Notes under the pieces: model-generated
Told to the model about the DNA's origin: nothing
What the model saw: the letters and a program-made list of their open reading frames with translations, nothing else
The model's database searches: none
Shown: one piece after another, positions 62,015 to 64,000 of the stretch
How the letters are laid out: every line of letters begins with the position of its first letter
Position numbering within the stretch: the stretch's first letter is position 1
From: Cirrosporium novae-zelandiae
Taxonomy: Eukaryota
DNA length: 64,000 bases
NCBI GenBank assembly: GCA_026023565.1
Contig: JAPETS010000023.1
Location: 248,001 to 312,000, forward strand
Reading direction: 5' to 3'
Position numbers and translations under genes: made by a program

Positions 62015-64000
62015 CTAACCTAGTGGTGGAACTTTGCGGTGTGAGGTTTTATTTTTATGCATACCCTCCCCGTCCACGTCCATGGGCTCGGTATGTTGAG
62101 TTTCCACCTCGTGAGTACAATGACCCTCGACCTCTTAAAGAGCCATACTTGGAAGGTGAAGTAGATGGATTCGACGAGCTTGATTTAGAGGAATTATGGG
62201 TAGATAGGAAGGATTGGAAGCGGGTCACGAGGTCCTAGAATTGAAACCTGTCGTTAGAAATCTTCCGAGGGAAGAAAGGGGAAGGTTATAACCTACCTCG
62301 AAATCACAATCATCCATGCTCCCAAATTCCGGTGCCTTCGCAACCTTTAGCTCCCGCACCCTTGGAGACATAATCCCAAATGCGATTCTTGCGAGTGTCA
62401 CGGCATCAACGACTTCTCTGTGAGACACTAAATCAACCACGCCTTCTAGTAAAGAATCCCGAATTGGTATCTTTGGCGCCGGATGGAATATCGCGGGATT
62501 TCCAGTCTTGCAATATGTACATCGACCGCATTTTTCATCAGGCACGGGTATCTTGTCGCCAAAGTATGCGGCCAGCTTTGCAGCTAGACAAGCCTTAGAT
62601 GTTGCCCAGTCGACGACACTTTGGACGCGCTGGAGGGCATCGCGCTCGCGGTTGCGGAGCTCAACGTGGAGTTTCGATGCTATGGTGACAATTTCTTGGT
62701 CCGTGGAGGGTAAAATGGATTCCACGCGATAACAGTTTATGACACCCGAAGATTTGAGTTCGATCATTCCATCGTCGTTCCATTGGTTTAGCTTACGGAT
62801 GACCGAGGCCCGAGTGAGTTTGTTTTTGGGCGCAGAGTCGACATCGATGTTATACCAGAGCTTTGCGAGGCGGGCATGCTTGTTGATGAAGGCGGACTCT
62901 GGGGTAGCGTCTATATGGGTTTTGGAGAAGTTGGACGCCGGTTTGTACATGAATTTGCTATATTTTGGGGTTATTGCCCTAAATAGACCAAAATGAAGTT
63001 CTAATTGTGCGTAGAGGTTGTGAAGGGTGGGGAGAGGCATATCCCATGCCGTGGTTTGAGGGGATAAGGCAATTTCCATGATCTCCCCTGGTCTGAGACC
63101 AGCGTGGTTAGTAAAGATTTCCTGTAAGAGACCAATAACACCACCTAATGCCGGGGTGCCGCCTCGAGCAAAACTTTCTTGCTGTTTTAGATCGTTGCCG
63201 CAAAGGAATAATACACACTCGGATGGCTTGCCATCACGGCCAGCACGGCCAACTTCTTGGCTATAGCCCTCCAGGCTTCGGGGAATGTCGAAGTGGATGA
63301 CGTAGCGGATGTCTGCTTTATCGATGCCCATTCCAAAGGCAATCGTAGCAACAATTATTGTGTTTGGTTCCTGCATAAAGGTATCTTGCACACGCGTTCT
63401 GTCCACTGTTTCTATGCCAGCATGATAAAATAATGCTTTGATTCCGGCCTTATTCAAGCCTTCAGCGACACTTTCTGCCTGCTTCTGTAAGGTCACATAG
63501 ATGATCGTGCTTCCGAGATGGGCTTGAAGAAAAGATATAAGACGGTCTAGCTTATATTTCCTTACTAGATCCCCATCTTCAGAAGATGGAATACTTTCAA
63601 CAGACAAGGTGAGATTAGGCCTATAGCTGCTGGTCCTGAAGAGACCTTCCCTTTCGTTGATATTAAAAGAACGGCAAATATCAGAGGCAACCTGAGTGGT
63701 GGCGGTTGCTGTCAAACACACAACGCGCTTGGCGTTAATCTCTTTCACAAATCTGGCAACTTTTAGATAATCTGGTCGAAATGCGTGACCCCATTCTGAA
63801 ACGCAATGAGCCTCATCAATAGCAATCAAGCCGACACCGGAACCTGTGTGCGCGCGCTCAATTATTGTTTCGACGAAATTCTCATTATTCAAACGCTCCG
63901 GAGCAACATAGAGGATTTTCAAGGTACCATCTTTGATTGCGTTGACTGTATCAAAGTATTCTTCCCTGGATTTGCTAGAATCGAACGACGCTGCGTGAAT
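62015..64000 (-). CDS. RecQ-family DNA helicase (short RecQ2 type, not Sgs1), 5' end outside window; intron 62296-62235
   Basis: ILYVAPERL, IAIDEAHCVSEWGHAFRPDYL, LTATAT, YHAG, VATIAFGMGIDK, YSQEVGRAGRDG, Zn site CLAAKLAAYFG..CGRCTYC; last exon DLVTRF..RG-rich tail ending TAG 62017-62015. Confidence 0.92.

Overview
Eukaryotic, intron-rich DNA from a filamentous ascomycete (Pezizomycotina). The assignment rests on short GT-AG introns with CTRAY branch sites and on the gene content. The window holds about 25 recognisable protein genes: ATG7, DCD1, HIS7, MPE1, ODC antizyme, a Yippee protein, a fungal TF-like gene, MRM2, an FLC/Pkd2 channel, GH128, OXP1, diaminopropionate ammonia-lyase, sphingolipid delta-8 desaturase, a spherulin-like cupin, an aldo-keto reductase, a hotdog thioesterase, CIA84, RSM18, PrpF, a small membrane protein, VPS62, a TFIIIC subunit and a partial RecQ. 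It also has two intron-containing tRNAs (Leu-AAG, Thr-AGT) and a few orphan ORFs. I see no transposon, CRISPR array or core secondary-metabolite synthase. The most interesting signals are post-transcriptional. (1) A spliced 56-aa Cys-rich hydrophobic ORF in strong start context precedes VPS62. Its UGA lies inside a long open +1 frame leading into Vps62, whose own AUG is weak, so this is a candidate uORF/bicistron or antizyme-like +1 recoding. (2) MPE1 has candidate premature poly(A) signals in its leader and in the intron after the DWNN domain. (3) Two ~250-nt introns (HIS7 and the AKR) are extensively self-complementary. (4) There is an unannotated micro-exon transcript at ~19.2-19.7 kb. (5) The antizyme carries the canonical CCC-UGA +1 frameshift. 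All gene names come from motif recognition by eye, without database searches, and exon boundaries are inferred.
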